Below the pieces are notes generated by a model that saw nothing but the letters and a program-made list of their open reading frames with translations, made no database searches and was not told where the DNA came from. Positions 1-9,653 of a stretch of 64,000 bases of DNA are shown piece after piece. The translations under genes and the position numbers were made by a program. The stretch is from Nitrososphaeraceae archaeon. GTDB lineage: Archaea; Thermoproteota; Nitrososphaeria; Nitrososphaerales; Nitrososphaeraceae. Every line of letters begins with the position of its first letter. The stretch's first letter is position 1. The stretch is from NCBI GenBank assembly GCA_035297365.1, contig DATGZA010000097.1:8509-72508 (forward strand), read 5' to 3'.

Positions 1-176
1 ATTTGTATGGCTAAGTTGTTAAACGGGTCAGGGTAAATGAATGGAAATTTAATAATATTGTCGAATCCGTTTTGGGAATTATTCAAATTAACTGAATAAT
101 ATTGTATTCCAAAAGTTACACAAAAAATGATAACTATAATGATAGAAAAAGAAACTCTTAATATTCTAGACCTCAT
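1..176 (-). CDS. 5' part of a putative secreted or membrane-anchored protein, truncated by the window edge
   Basis: Hand translation from ATG at 176: MRSRILRVSFSIIIVIIFCVTFGIQYYSVNLNNSQ..., a basic N-terminus plus hydrophobic stretch, open to position 1. Confidence 0.5.
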   Translation of the reverse strand, partial: MRSRILRVSFSIIIVIIFCVTFGIQYYSVNLNNSQNGFDNIIKFPFIYPDPFNNLAIQ

Positions 177-685
177 TTCATAAAAATGTTCTTTAACAGA
201 CATTCCTGAAGACAATTCTATTGCTGTTTGTATTTTATAATCATGATATATAATTGGTAGTCTTTAGCATCAGGAAATATTATACATATCGTGTTATATT
301 TATTTGCCTTCAAGCAGGACATTTGACTATGTTATAAATTACCTAAATCACCAAATCTAGATAACTTTTGTTTTTCTTTATTTTTTATTTTTAAACTTGC
401 AAGGAACAAACTTTTCACATTTTCTAGTTGTGCTGGCACATCAGCTTCGGGTCTTGCTTTAACCCCATGCATGTTAGTATGAGCTACGTTAATCTTAGAG
501 ATCATCTTATTCGCAATTTGAAAAGGTATAAAATAAATAATCGCATAGAGGAAGACCTAATTTTTTAATTATTTAATTCTATAATATGGGTCACCTCGTG
601 ATAGAACAATTTTTTCAATGCAAATTGGCAAATCTTTTTCCACTTGAAAATTATTTAATTTAATTATCAAATTTGAGAATTAGTT

Positions 686-1051
686 ATGACTAGAGTCAAT
701 AAATATGCATTTTCTAAAACATTTGATATAATGGCCATCCATGAATTCTTACTTCCAGATGAAAATATTAAATTTCAAAGCAAAACAGAGGTCAAGTATG
801 CAGAAAAAAAATATAATTTCTTAATTACAGATATGAGAATAATTCTGTATGCAAAAAGGGGACGCTTTTTAAAATCAGATGATATTATAAGCGAACGTCT
901 GGATAAATTACATGAAATAAAATATTGTGAAAAAGGCTTAATATTTAGAACTGCCAAGATAACTATTCAATCCAATATAAATATGGATATTTTTGGTTCC
1001 TGTTCTGAACTAAAACAACTATTCAACAACTTACAAGTTATTGTATTTTAA
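686..1051 (+). CDS. PH-like (bPH) domain protein
   Basis: LLPDENIKF...FLITDMRIILY...EKGLIFRTAKITI pattern typical of prokaryotic PH domains. Confidence 0.6.
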   Translation: MTRVNKYAFSKTFDIMAIHEFLLPDENIKFQSKTEVKYAEKKYNFLITDMRIILYAKRGRFLKSDDIISERLDKLHEIKYCEKGLIFRTAKITIQSNINMDIFGSCSELKQLFNNLQVIVF

Positions 1052-1390
1052 CTGAATTTCAATATAATTTCATATTGCCACTAAGCGATGTTGGTTTGAA
1101 AAGGTTGTTATCCATTGATCCGTTTTGTAAAACTCAATATTAATAATTATATATTAATTTACGATTAATATTATTTTAACAGGTAAGGAATTTGAATGAA
1201 TATCGTTAAATATATATCCAAAAATCACGTTATGTTTAATGTATTTACTTAGCTACTAAAATTCTCCAGTCATTTTTCCAGGCCAAACAAAATAATACCA
1301 GGATCGATCCTTAATTGATTATTCGTTTTGTATACTTAAAAGGAATAACTTGAAACAATAAATAAATATACTCTTAAATTCACCATTTTT

Positions 1391-1852
1391 ATGTTGCAAC
1401 GTTTAAAATACTGTTTCCTGCTCTTTATCGTCATATCCATAACAAGTTATTCCGTTGTGATAAATTACGAAAAAGTTTATTCGATTTCGGAAATATATTC
1501 AACCATGATATCTGAAACTAATGGAAAATCTCTGGATATTAAAATTTCACCATCAGTTAGTCCAATCAAATCACAAGGTGAAATAAAATTTAAGATAACC
1601 TTTCTTCAACCAAATAGCGATAAAGTACAGGTTCACGTAGATTATGATTTCACCGTAATCCATGACGGTGACGAAATATTCTCTGCATCCAAGCAAACAG
1701 GCCAACCTCTCTTACATACAGCTGAGGGAACGGTTACTATACCGTATTCATTTCTGTCTTCTGGTTTGTACATGGTGAAAATTTCAGTGTTGGGCATCAA
1801 CTTTGTTCCAATAAATCCTGAATCGGCAGACTTTACTTTTCAAGTTAATTAA
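1391..1852 (+). CDS. Secreted beta-sandwich (Ig-like) hypothetical protein
   Basis: Signal peptide; HVDYDF...LLHTAEG...G.Y.V pattern typical of thaumarchaeal exported proteins. Confidence 0.6.
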   Translation: MLQRLKYCFLLFIVISITSYSVVINYEKVYSISEIYSTMISETNGKSLDIKISPSVSPIKSQGEIKFKITFLQPNSDKVQVHVDYDFTVIHDGDEIFSASKQTGQPLLHTAEGTVTIPYSFLSSGLYMVKISVLGINFVPINPESADFTFQVN

Positions 1853-2204
1853 TTGAAAAATTTTATCATAATAATTCATATTTTTTATTGATTTAATTTG
1901 TTCAAAATGTCTTCACACAACAATAAGTTAAAATCTGGAATTTGCTTAGACCTTTTTGTAGAGAATTAGATGAACTAATAATATGGAAGCCAACTTTTTA
2001 TCTGCAAGTTATAACTAATAGACCGGTCATATAAAATATTATTAGAATCGAGTAAATTTCGTTTTTCTTCAAGAGGATTGCTTATTAGTATTGGAGACAT
2101 TCAGTATATTGATAAACATAATCGAGTTGGATTTGGTATTGATAAAATCCCTCTATAATAATCAAATTGAGCTAGAAAAATCGGAATCATAAGATACTCA
2201 ATTT

Positions 2205-2561
2205 CTATTCATTTTTTGTAGTTGTTATCTCCTGGAATTTTTGTAGATGCGTTACCAGGTCTTTTAATACTTCTATTTTTCGTTTAGGATTGTTTGCAAA
2301 ATTAATTACCTCTTTAATAAATTCACCAATATCAATTACCTCTTCTCCAAGGACTTCAACACCCTTTACAGTTATTAAATATGATTTTAGTGGAACTCCA
2401 TATTGAATCCCAGACAAAAAATATGTTTCATTTTCCCTTAAACGGGTACTGTATTTCTTGTATTCTGTTATTATTTTTTCGGCCTGAATTTGTATTTCTT
2501 TTTCAATTTCGTCTATTTTTAAATTTAAACTATTAATAGAATCAAAAAGATCCGAGATCAC
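2205..2561 (-). CDS. Hypothetical protein with N-terminal coiled coil
   Basis: 118-aa ORF with protein-like composition. Confidence 0.6.
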   Translation of the reverse strand: MISDLFDSINSLNLKIDEIEKEIQIQAEKIITEYKKYSTRLRENETYFLSGIQYGVPLKSYLITVKGVEVLGEEVIDIGEFIKEVINFANNPKRKIEVLKDLVTHLQKFQEITTTKNE

Positions 2562-2577
2562 AATCTTAGTTAGATAA

Positions 2578-2814
2578 TTATATTTTTAAGTATTTGGAAT
2601 TTATGAAGTTGTCATTCTTACCGGTTCTTATGACATGAAAGTCTTTATTGGCTATTATACTTGTTCCATTTGTATTTAGACTATGTTCAAAATTAATATA
2701 CTTGATAGGAGTAAGGTTCTGACTGAACCCTTCTGACAGGCTAGAAGGTGTAAGAATGGTTGCCTCCTGCAAGCCGAAAAGATAAACATGAATCAAAAAG
2801 AAGGAGAGTAACAT
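2578..2814 (-). CDS. Possible small exported hypothetical protein
   Basis: Hydrophobic N-terminus; co-oriented and 16 bp upstream of the next ORF. Confidence 0.3.
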   Translation of the reverse strand: MLLSFFLIHVYLFGLQEATILTPSSLSEGFSQNLTPIKYINFEHSLNTNGTSIIANKDFHVIRTGKNDNFINSKYLKI

Positions 2815-3017
2815 GTCTGTTTGGAATTGAATACAAACGTTTTGAGTCTTATTTCATCTAAATGTGTGTGTGAGAAGGAGAAAGACAATGAGAACATTGA
2901 AATTTATTCATTTACCTAGCTGGATACAATTCGTTGTTTCAGGGTATAATTACACAATGAAATAATAATAATTTTGAGTAAAGAGCTGAATATTATCTTA
3001 CGAGCATTTTAGGCGAA

Positions 3018-3509
3018 TTACTTGGTTTCTTGTTCTTGATCCTCAATTTTTTTGAGTTCTGTCTTAAGAAATTCCTTATATTTTTCTCGTTCTTGTTCTG
3101 TCATCTTGTCGAGATTTGCACTTAAAGTTGATCCTACAGACGATACTCTATCTATCAAATCCATAGCCATAAACTTCCCAATATTCCCTAATCTAAACAT
3201 TACATCCAATTGTTTTTGTAGAGTTTTTTGAACCGATTGAATATCGTCTGCAATACCCAGGCCTTTATGGGTTATTTTATATTTTCCATTTTCTATCTCA
3301 GTAATTAAACCTTCTTCTAGCAATCTACCTAGCATGGGATAAATTAAACCAGGAGAAGGCTTCCATTTGCCTTCACTTTGATATATTGCATAATCAATGA
3401 TTTCTTTCCCAGTCATTGGTTTTTCTTTTAATAAGTTTAAAATGTAGTGCCTTGAAAATCCTCTAGGAATCACACTATTTACTCTAGAAAACCAGTGAGA
3501 TATCATCAA
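3018..3509 (-). CDS. PadR-family transcriptional regulator
   Basis: ILNLLKEKPMTGKEI...WKPSPGLIYPMLGRLLEEGLI...YKIT is the PadR wHTH signature. Confidence 0.9.
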   Translation of the reverse strand: MMISHWFSRVNSVIPRGFSRHYILNLLKEKPMTGKEIIDYAIYQSEGKWKPSPGLIYPMLGRLLEEGLITEIENGKYKITHKGLGIADDIQSVQKTLQKQLDVMFRLGNIGKFMAMDLIDRVSSVGSTLSANLDKMTEQEREKYKEFLKTELKKIEDQEQETK

Positions 3510-3515
3510 AGTTGG

Positions 3516-3533
3516 TATATCGCTAGCGATTTA
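3516..3533. promoter_or_regulatory. Palindromic candidate operator between the PadR TATA box and start codon
   Basis: Perfect 12-bp palindrome ATCGCTAGCGAT at 3519-3530 with further TA/TA flanks. Confidence 0.55.
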
Positions 3534-3646
3534 TTAAGATATCTTTGTTACTAAAAACACTATACTTTTTTTATTGACATGCAAATTATTATGATTTGAA
3601 TTCTTTTCTTTAAAAACATATATCTAGTTTTTATTCTAAATGTTTG

Positions 3647-3808
3647 ATGACAATGAAATGTCCTATCTGTGGGTCGCTTATGATTTGGTTAAATGGATCT
3701 ATCAGTCATGATCCTCCAATAAAGTATTATACTTGTAGAGGTTGTAAAATTGGAGTTTCAAGATATTCGGAAACTAGCTACGATGTGTACGAAACAGAAA
3801 AAAATTGA
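3647..3808 (+). CDS. CPxCG-type zinc-ribbon microprotein, 53 aa (not in ORF track)
   Basis: MTMKCPICGSLMIWLNGSISHDPPIKYYTCRGCKIGVSRYSETSYDVYETEKN with two CxxC pairs. Confidence 0.75.
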   Translation: MTMKCPICGSLMIWLNGSISHDPPIKYYTCRGCKIGVSRYSETSYDVYETEKN

Positions 3809-3904
3809 TTACCTTAAAATAAATATCTAAATTAAATCCAAATTTTTTCGATTTTTATAATAAATAATCTAAAATTAATAAGCTTGTTTGCTCAGTAAAA
3901 ATCT

Positions 3905-4774
3905 ATGAAAAAATTTAAAGTAATTTCTCTAAAAGAACGCCTTGAAAAAAAAGACGAAATCATTGTTCTTCCAGGAGTCTATGATGCATTAAGTGCAAGG
4001 ATAGCTCAAAATGTGGGATTTAATGCTGCTTTTCAAACCGGTTATGGTACATCAGCAACACTACTTGGGATGCCAGATTTTGGGTTTCTGAATGCAGGAG
4101 AAACAATAGATAATGCTAGGAGAATTATTAATTCTGTAGATATTCCAATTCTGGTTGACATAGATACCGGTTACGGGAATCCTCTAAATGTATGGAGAAC
4201 GGTAACCGACCTTGAGAAATTGGGTGCAGGTGGTATTTTTCTTGAAGATCAAGTTTGGCCTAAAAGATGTGGTCATATGAAGGGTAAATCGGTTATATCA
4301 AAGGAGGATTACGTTCAAAAGTTGAAAGCAGCAATAGATGCACGGAAAAGCAAAGATTTCATCATTGTTGCAAGAACAGATTCTTTGGCTCAATACGGCA
4401 TAGATGAAGCTATAAAAAGAGGAAAGCAATTTCAAAAAATAGGCGCAGATGTCATATTTATTGAAGCTCCAAAAACCCTAGAAGAAATGAAAAAAATTAC
4501 TGGTGAAATTGATGCACCTCTTTTAGCCAATATGATTGAAGAAGGTGTAACACCGAATCTTCCTGCAAAGGATTTGGAAAAACTTGGCTTCAGAATGGTA
4601 GTTTTTCCACTATCTGCATTATATTCGTCTACATATGCAATTAAGAATGTGTTTCTTTCTCTCCACAATACAGGGATGACAAAAAACTTAAAAAAGAAAA
4701 TGATTACCTTTAAAGAATTTAATGATTTTGTAAATCTTCCTAAATATAATCAGTTAGAAAAAAAATATTCGTAA
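3905..4774 (+). CDS. Isocitrate lyase/PEP mutase family enzyme (methylisocitrate-lyase-like)
   Basis: DIDTGYG, EDQVWPKRCGH, IVARTD and PLLANM motifs. Confidence 0.88.
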   Translation: MKKFKVISLKERLEKKDEIIVLPGVYDALSARIAQNVGFNAAFQTGYGTSATLLGMPDFGFLNAGETIDNARRIINSVDIPILVDIDTGYGNPLNVWRTVTDLEKLGAGGIFLEDQVWPKRCGHMKGKSVISKEDYVQKLKAAIDARKSKDFIIVARTDSLAQYGIDEAIKRGKQFQKIGADVIFIEAPKTLEEMKKITGEIDAPLLANMIEEGVTPNLPAKDLEKLGFRMVVFPLSALYSSTYAIKNVFLSLHNTGMTKNLKKKMITFKEFNDFVNLPKYNQLEKKYS

Positions 4775-4860
4775 TAATTTTTGATTTTTACAATACTATT
4801 TCAAAGTTATATAAATTAATAATTATATAATACCTAATATTGTTACCAATGTAGTATAGT

Positions 4861-6288
4861 TTGAATATAAACAAAACAAATCTTATTGAATCTATATCGC
4901 TTATTAAGAAGGAGGAATCATTTATAGATCAAAAAACAAATCTTTATTCTAACAGTCTATATACTAGAAAATTCAATTGCAACAATAAGATTGCACACGA
5001 TAATTCAAAAAATATATGGATTCAGGCTTATGGATGTTCTGCAAATTTTGCAGATTCTGAAATAATAAGTGGATTGTTACAAAAACATGGATATAAAATT
5101 GTAAGTGAAGAAGGCAAATCCGATCTTAATATTATAGTAACTTGCTCTGTTAAAGATTCTACTGAACACAAAATTCTTCATCAGATAGGCAATTTGACAA
5201 AGTCAAACAAACCATTAGTGGTAGCAGGATGTCTTCCAAAAACTGAAAGAAAAAAAATAGAAGAAATTAACCCAAACGCTAGTCTACTTGGCCCAAATTC
5301 ATTAGATAAAACCCTGGAATTAGTCGAATTAGCAAAATATAATAAAAAGGGTGTATTTCTTGCTGATTCTAATATCGAAAAGATCAATTTACCGAGAATT
5401 AGAATAAATAAAGCTATTAGCATGGTACAAATAGCTACTGGCTGTTTGAGTCAATGTTCTTTTTGTCAGACAAAAATTGCGAAGGGTAGGCTTAAAAGTT
5501 ATCGTCTCGGATCAATCATTAGGCAGGTAAAAAATGATATTTCAGAAGGGTATAAGGAAATATGGCTAACCTCTACTGATAATGGATGTTATGGAAAAGA
5601 TATTAATTCAACTCTCGTTGAATTATTGGAATCATGTGCTTCAATTTCTGGAAATTATAAACTAAGAGTAGGGATGATGAATCCCATGTATCTGACTGAT
5701 CTACTAGATGGGTTAATAAGAATTTATAAAGAGTCTGACAAAATTTTCAAATTCATACATATCCCTGTTCAAAGTGGAAGTCAGAGAATTTTAAAGAAAA
5801 TGTTTCGTGGTGATGATATTAATTCCTTCAAAAACATTATATCTAAATTTAGGAAAGAAATTCCAGAGGTAACAATTGCTACTGATATTATAGTAGGATT
5901 TCCTGGAGAATCGGATGCTGATTTCAATTCAACAAAAAATTTGATTCGCGAGACAAAACCAGATATTGTAAATATCTCAAAATATAGTTCGAGATATGGG
6001 ACGCAATCTTCAAAATTAAAAAAAATAAGGTCAGACATTGTTAAAAATCGCACCACTGTCTTGCATACACTCTGTCGTTCTATATCTAAAGAAAGAAATT
6101 CTCTGTGGAAAAAATGGCAAGGTGACATTTTTCTTGATGAAATAAATAATAATATTCTTCAAGGCAGAAATTATGCATACAAATCTGTAATCATACAAGG
6201 CGATAGTTCAAAGTTAGCTATTGGAGAAATAGTCACAGTAAAAATCTTGAACTATTCTGCTTATTCTCTATTCGGCAAATTGATATGA
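4861..6288 (+). CDS. mtaB: tRNA t6A37 methylthiotransferase (MtaB/e-MtaB, radical SAM with TRAM domain)
   Basis: YGCSANFADSE (UPF0004), TCSVK, GCLP, CLSQCSFC radical SAM motif, TDIIVGFPGE. Confidence 0.88.
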   Translation: MNINKTNLIESISLIKKEESFIDQKTNLYSNSLYTRKFNCNNKIAHDNSKNIWIQAYGCSANFADSEIISGLLQKHGYKIVSEEGKSDLNIIVTCSVKDSTEHKILHQIGNLTKSNKPLVVAGCLPKTERKKIEEINPNASLLGPNSLDKTLELVELAKYNKKGVFLADSNIEKINLPRIRINKAISMVQIATGCLSQCSFCQTKIAKGRLKSYRLGSIIRQVKNDISEGYKEIWLTSTDNGCYGKDINSTLVELLESCASISGNYKLRVGMMNPMYLTDLLDGLIRIYKESDKIFKFIHIPVQSGSQRILKKMFRGDDINSFKNIISKFRKEIPEVTIATDIIVGFPGESDADFNSTKNLIRETKPDIVNISKYSSRYGTQSSKLKKIRSDIVKNRTTVLHTLCRSISKERNSLWKKWQGDIFLDEINNNILQGRNYAYKSVIIQGDSSKLAIGEIVTVKILNYSAYSLFGKLI

Positions 6289-6408
6289 ATTTACAAATTC
6301 AGTTTTTTTATTCTAACGCATCTTCCTCTGTTTGCCAACATTGGAAAACACAATGATTTTTAAGTCATTGTTGAGCCTTATAATATTCCAAAATATGAAA
6401 GTTACAAA

Positions 6409-6738
6409 TTAGTTTTCTTTGGTTATTTCTTCATCTGATACTTTTTTTTCTGTTTTAGAATCTTTTAAGATATCCTGATATGACGATACTAATATAGAAT
6501 TATCTTCTGTTGTCATTTTTACACGAATCTTTCTCGGTGGGTTTGTTTTTCCTCGTCTCCATATTTCTTCGTTCAATTCCTGATCTATTTTTACATTCTC
6601 ATTTTTCATATGTCGTTTAGTAAATTCTTTTATCATGTTAATTACTCTATCAGTTCTTCTATATCTTGGGGTTAACCATGCCTTGCTAAGATTTATAGTA
6701 TAAACATGAGTTGCGCTTTCATCAGATTTTGACATCAC
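6409..6738 (-). CDS. rpl31e: 50S ribosomal protein L31e
   Basis: YTINL...VKIDQELNEEIWRRG...PPRKIRV. Confidence 0.95.
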   Translation of the reverse strand: MMSKSDESATHVYTINLSKAWLTPRYRRTDRVINMIKEFTKRHMKNENVKIDQELNEEIWRRGKTNPPRKIRVKMTTEDNSILVSSYQDILKDSKTEKKVSDEEITKEN

Positions 6739-6753
6739 TCATACCTCGCATTT

Positions 6754-6912
6754 CTATCCTATATTTACATCCGATCTTCTCCAAGACCTTCTTTTTGGGT
6801 TTGATCTGACTTGTCTGTGGGTTCTTATAATAACCCAGGCTGGCACCGGCCTATTTTGCCTCATTTTTTTGATTAATCTTTTTTTTCTGGATGTATTTTT
6901 TCGGGCAGCCAT
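6754..6912 (-). CDS. rpl39e: 50S ribosomal protein L39e (not in ORF track)
   Basis: Hand translation [52 protein letters not shown]; lies directly upstream of L31e. Confidence 0.95.
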   Translation of the reverse strand: MAARKNTSRKKRLIKKMRQNRPVPAWVIIRTHRQVRSNPKRRSWRRSDVNIG

Positions 6913-7049
6913 TCTAATAAATAAATATTTTTCCGCCTTTTAAGTGTTGATGTGTATAAGTCTGAACGAAGACTTTATGACAAATTATTATTTTATAAGA
7001 CTACAATCAAACTTAATAAAACATTTTAACTTAATAAGATTTTATTAAA

Positions 7050-7187
7050 ATGATTGAGCTCTGTGAGGTATGCTATGATTTTATGAAAACTATTGGAAAT
7101 AAAGACATAATCAAAATAACCCTTGTTGAAAAAAAACAGTGTAAGGGAATATATCATAAAAAATTAGTGGATAGTTTCAAAACATAA
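7050..7187 (+). CDS. Putative 45-aa metal-binding microprotein
   Basis: MIELCEVCYDFMKTIGNKDIIKITLVEKKQCKGIYHKKLVDSFKT (CxxC...CxxxxH); divergent from L39e. Confidence 0.5.
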   Translation: MIELCEVCYDFMKTIGNKDIIKITLVEKKQCKGIYHKKLVDSFKT

Positions 7188-7204
7188 TAGGTTTGTTACA
7201 CTGA

Positions 7205-7381
7205 TTATTTCTTGAAATTACAATGTCTGCATGAATCATAAACATCACCATCAAGGTGGTTAAAATGAGTTCCACAAGTCTTGCAAGTATGATGAACCTC
7301 ATCGAATCCATCGTTTGCTACGAATTCAAAATAATTCAAATCTGCACTCTTGCATTTAATACATCTACATCTACAAAACAT
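7205..7381 (-). CDS. Cys/His-rich 58-aa zinc-finger microprotein (not in ORF track)
   Basis: MFCRCRCIKCKSADLNYFEFVANDGFDEVHHTCKTCGTHFNHLDGDVYDSCRHCNFKK with three CxxC pairs. Confidence 0.75.
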   Translation of the reverse strand: MFCRCRCIKCKSADLNYFEFVANDGFDEVHHTCKTCGTHFNHLDGDVYDSCRHCNFKK

Positions 7382-7466
7382 TAGTAAATTTACATTTTTT
7401 CCAGTATAATATAGTTTTTCTTAAATTTTAAAAAAATTTATTTCACTATGTTCTTGAATTATATTC

Positions 7467-8507
7467 ATGCCAAAAGCTGTTCGCTTCCATGAAGTTGATA
7501 AACCACTTAAAATAGAAGAAATAGATTTTCCTAAAATAGGTTCCAATGAAGTAGTCCTAAAAATTCTGGCCTCGTCGTTATGCTACAGTGATGTACACGT
7601 TACTACTGGAGTTATTCCTGTGAAAAGACCTATTACTCTTGGTCACGAAATATGTGGCGAAATCGAGGAACTTGGAGATAATATAATCGATTTTAAAAAA
7701 GGCGACAAAACTGTTGTTTACTTTATATCTCCTTGTGGTGACTGTGATCAATGTGTAGTTGGTAATTCGAGCACTTGTAATCATATTTACGAATCACCAA
7801 TGTATGGTTTTTCAGCAGACGGTGGGTTTGCAGAATACATGAAAGTCAATGCAAAAAATCTAGTTAAGGTTACGGGTAACATTCCTTCAGAATTTCTCGC
7901 AAATTTAGGCTGTGCTGGAATAACTGCTCTTCATGCAGTAAATTTCATTAGTCAGGTAAATTTGGGTCACACAATTGCTGTGTATGGAACAGGGGGAGTT
8001 GGAATGTATGTTCTACAACTAGCCAAGTTATCTGGAGCAAAAACTGTAATAGCTATTGGAAGATCGGAAGAAAAATTACAGCTTGCTAGAACATGCTCTT
8101 TTGCAGATGAAACAGTAAATCTCACAAATGAAAATCTTTCAGACAGAATCAAAGAAATAACCGATGGTTTGGGTGTCGATTACGTGTTCGATTTCGCTGT
8201 ATCTGGTGAGAGTTTAAACAATTCTTCTAAAATTATCTCTAATAATGGCAAGATAATATTGGTTGGAATAGGCAGTGAACCAATTTCAGTCAATCCCAAA
8301 AGACTTACCTTTAAGGAAAACTGTATTATAGGTTCTAATGTAGGCACTAAGAGTGAATTGAAGCTTCTTATAGACCTTGCCCAGAAAAATATTCTAAAAT
8401 CTGTTTCAAATACCAAGTATAGATTGGAAGAAGCAAATGATGTCTTTAATTTATTTAAGGATGGAAAAATTAGAGGTAGAGCATTCTTTGATCCCACATC
8501 ACCATAA
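7467..8507 (+). CDS. Zinc-dependent alcohol dehydrogenase (MDR superfamily)
   Basis: CYSD, GHE, structural-zinc CGDCDQC...C and GTGGVG Rossmann motifs. Confidence 0.92.
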   Translation: MPKAVRFHEVDKPLKIEEIDFPKIGSNEVVLKILASSLCYSDVHVTTGVIPVKRPITLGHEICGEIEELGDNIIDFKKGDKTVVYFISPCGDCDQCVVGNSSTCNHIYESPMYGFSADGGFAEYMKVNAKNLVKVTGNIPSEFLANLGCAGITALHAVNFISQVNLGHTIAVYGTGGVGMYVLQLAKLSGAKTVIAIGRSEEKLQLARTCSFADETVNLTNENLSDRIKEITDGLGVDYVFDFAVSGESLNNSSKIISNNGKIILVGIGSEPISVNPKRLTFKENCIIGSNVGTKSELKLLIDLAQKNILKSVSNTKYRLEEANDVFNLFKDGKIRGRAFFDPTSP

Positions 8508-8579
8508 AGATATTTCGATCGAAATAATTAACATTGAAGAAAATTGAAAAATTATTTATCTGTTAATGATTCACTCTCA

Positions 8580-8888
8580 TCATAGAGGACTTTCTCTAAA
8601 AGCCTGTGATTGATCATTCTCTTCTGGCTCAATCCTGTATTTTCTTACCATCAGAAGTAAAATCAAACTAAATAAGGCCAATGCTATTGCAAGACCCTGG
8701 GCACCGCCATTCGGAATATAAAAAGAGTATATGATTGCAAACACAATACATGTTATGGCCTGTGTTAGATATTGCAAAGATTTTTTAATACATTTTTTCT
8801 TCGAAATAAATGCGATTCCAAATATTGCAATAGCTGGATATATCGTTAACAAAACAAATTGATCAATTTCTATACCGTTATGTGTCAA
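8580..8888 (-). CDS. Small membrane protein (about 3 TM helices)
   Basis: Three hydrophobic segments. Confidence 0.65.
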   Translation of the reverse strand: MTHNGIEIDQFVLLTIYPAIAIFGIAFISKKKCIKKSLQYLTQAITCIVFAIIYSFYIPNGGAQGLAIALALFSLILLLMVRKYRIEPEENDQSQAFRESPL

Positions 8889-8959
8889 CTTTTAATCTAA
8901 TATCTTTTCATAATATCTTTCTTTCTTTATTCATTTTTATGTCATTATATATTGTTACT

Positions 8960-9544
8960 TTAATCAAAACTAGCAAAAATCTCAGTAGCTATTTTATTGT
9001 TTATTAAGGAAATTGCATTTTCGAGAGGTAAATTCGCAATGTCCTCGCAATTAAAAGGTCCATATTTTGCCATGTCAACACCAACAAATTGTTCCATAGG
9101 TTTCAGAAATCTAATAAGTACTTTTTTCTGTTTAATTCTTTCAGAAATCTTCTCCAAAACCTTCGGCTGTCCATTATTTATTAAAGAAAATATCTCATGC
9201 AATCTCTTTGTTGATTGATGTTCTCCATCTAGAATGTATTTTTCTTCATCGGATATTTTAGAGTAATTTATCTCAAAAACTTTTTGAGTCTTCTCCAACT
9301 TATGAATTTTTTCCAATCTTATTTGTAAAAGAAGACTAGAAATATCTGAAAACATTTCACTCATCTTTATTACTAATATTTTTTCTTGTGTTTCATATTC
9401 ATTTATTTTTAGGTTGTTTATACTTCCTGCTATTTTTTGATAAATGTCATAAGGAATTTCCTGCAAAGTAGCATTTTGGAACTCTTTCAATAGGATATTG
9501 TAAGCTATTTCTAGACTTAAATTATCTGTAGTATTATTGGACAT
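8960..9544 (-). CDS. GINS complex subunit (Gins51-type, A-B domain order)
   Basis: LQEIPYDIY...RLEKI A-domain; C-terminal B-domain FVGVDMAKYGPFNCEDIANLPLENA. Confidence 0.82.
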   Translation of the reverse strand: MSNNTTDNLSLEIAYNILLKEFQNATLQEIPYDIYQKIAGSINNLKINEYETQEKILVIKMSEMFSDISSLLLQIRLEKIHKLEKTQKVFEINYSKISDEEKYILDGEHQSTKRLHEIFSLINNGQPKVLEKISERIKQKKVLIRFLKPMEQFVGVDMAKYGPFNCEDIANLPLENAISLINNKIATEIFASFD

Positions 9545-9653
9545 TAAATTATCATATTCAGGTAATTGTGATAATTTATAAATAATTCTTTTTTCTTTAA
9601 TACTCGTTTTTCTGAAAGCTTTATTATTAGATCTTTACTAATATTGAACTAAA

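Noticed and set aside
333-505. Possible 57-aa minus-strand ORF (MISKINVAHTNMHGVKARPEADVPAQ...)
   Set aside because: No motif, and it runs into a poly-A/T tract; evidence is insufficient
9545-9653. NrpR operator upstream of glnA
   Set aside because: No GGAA-N6-TTCC motif is visible in the intergenic region
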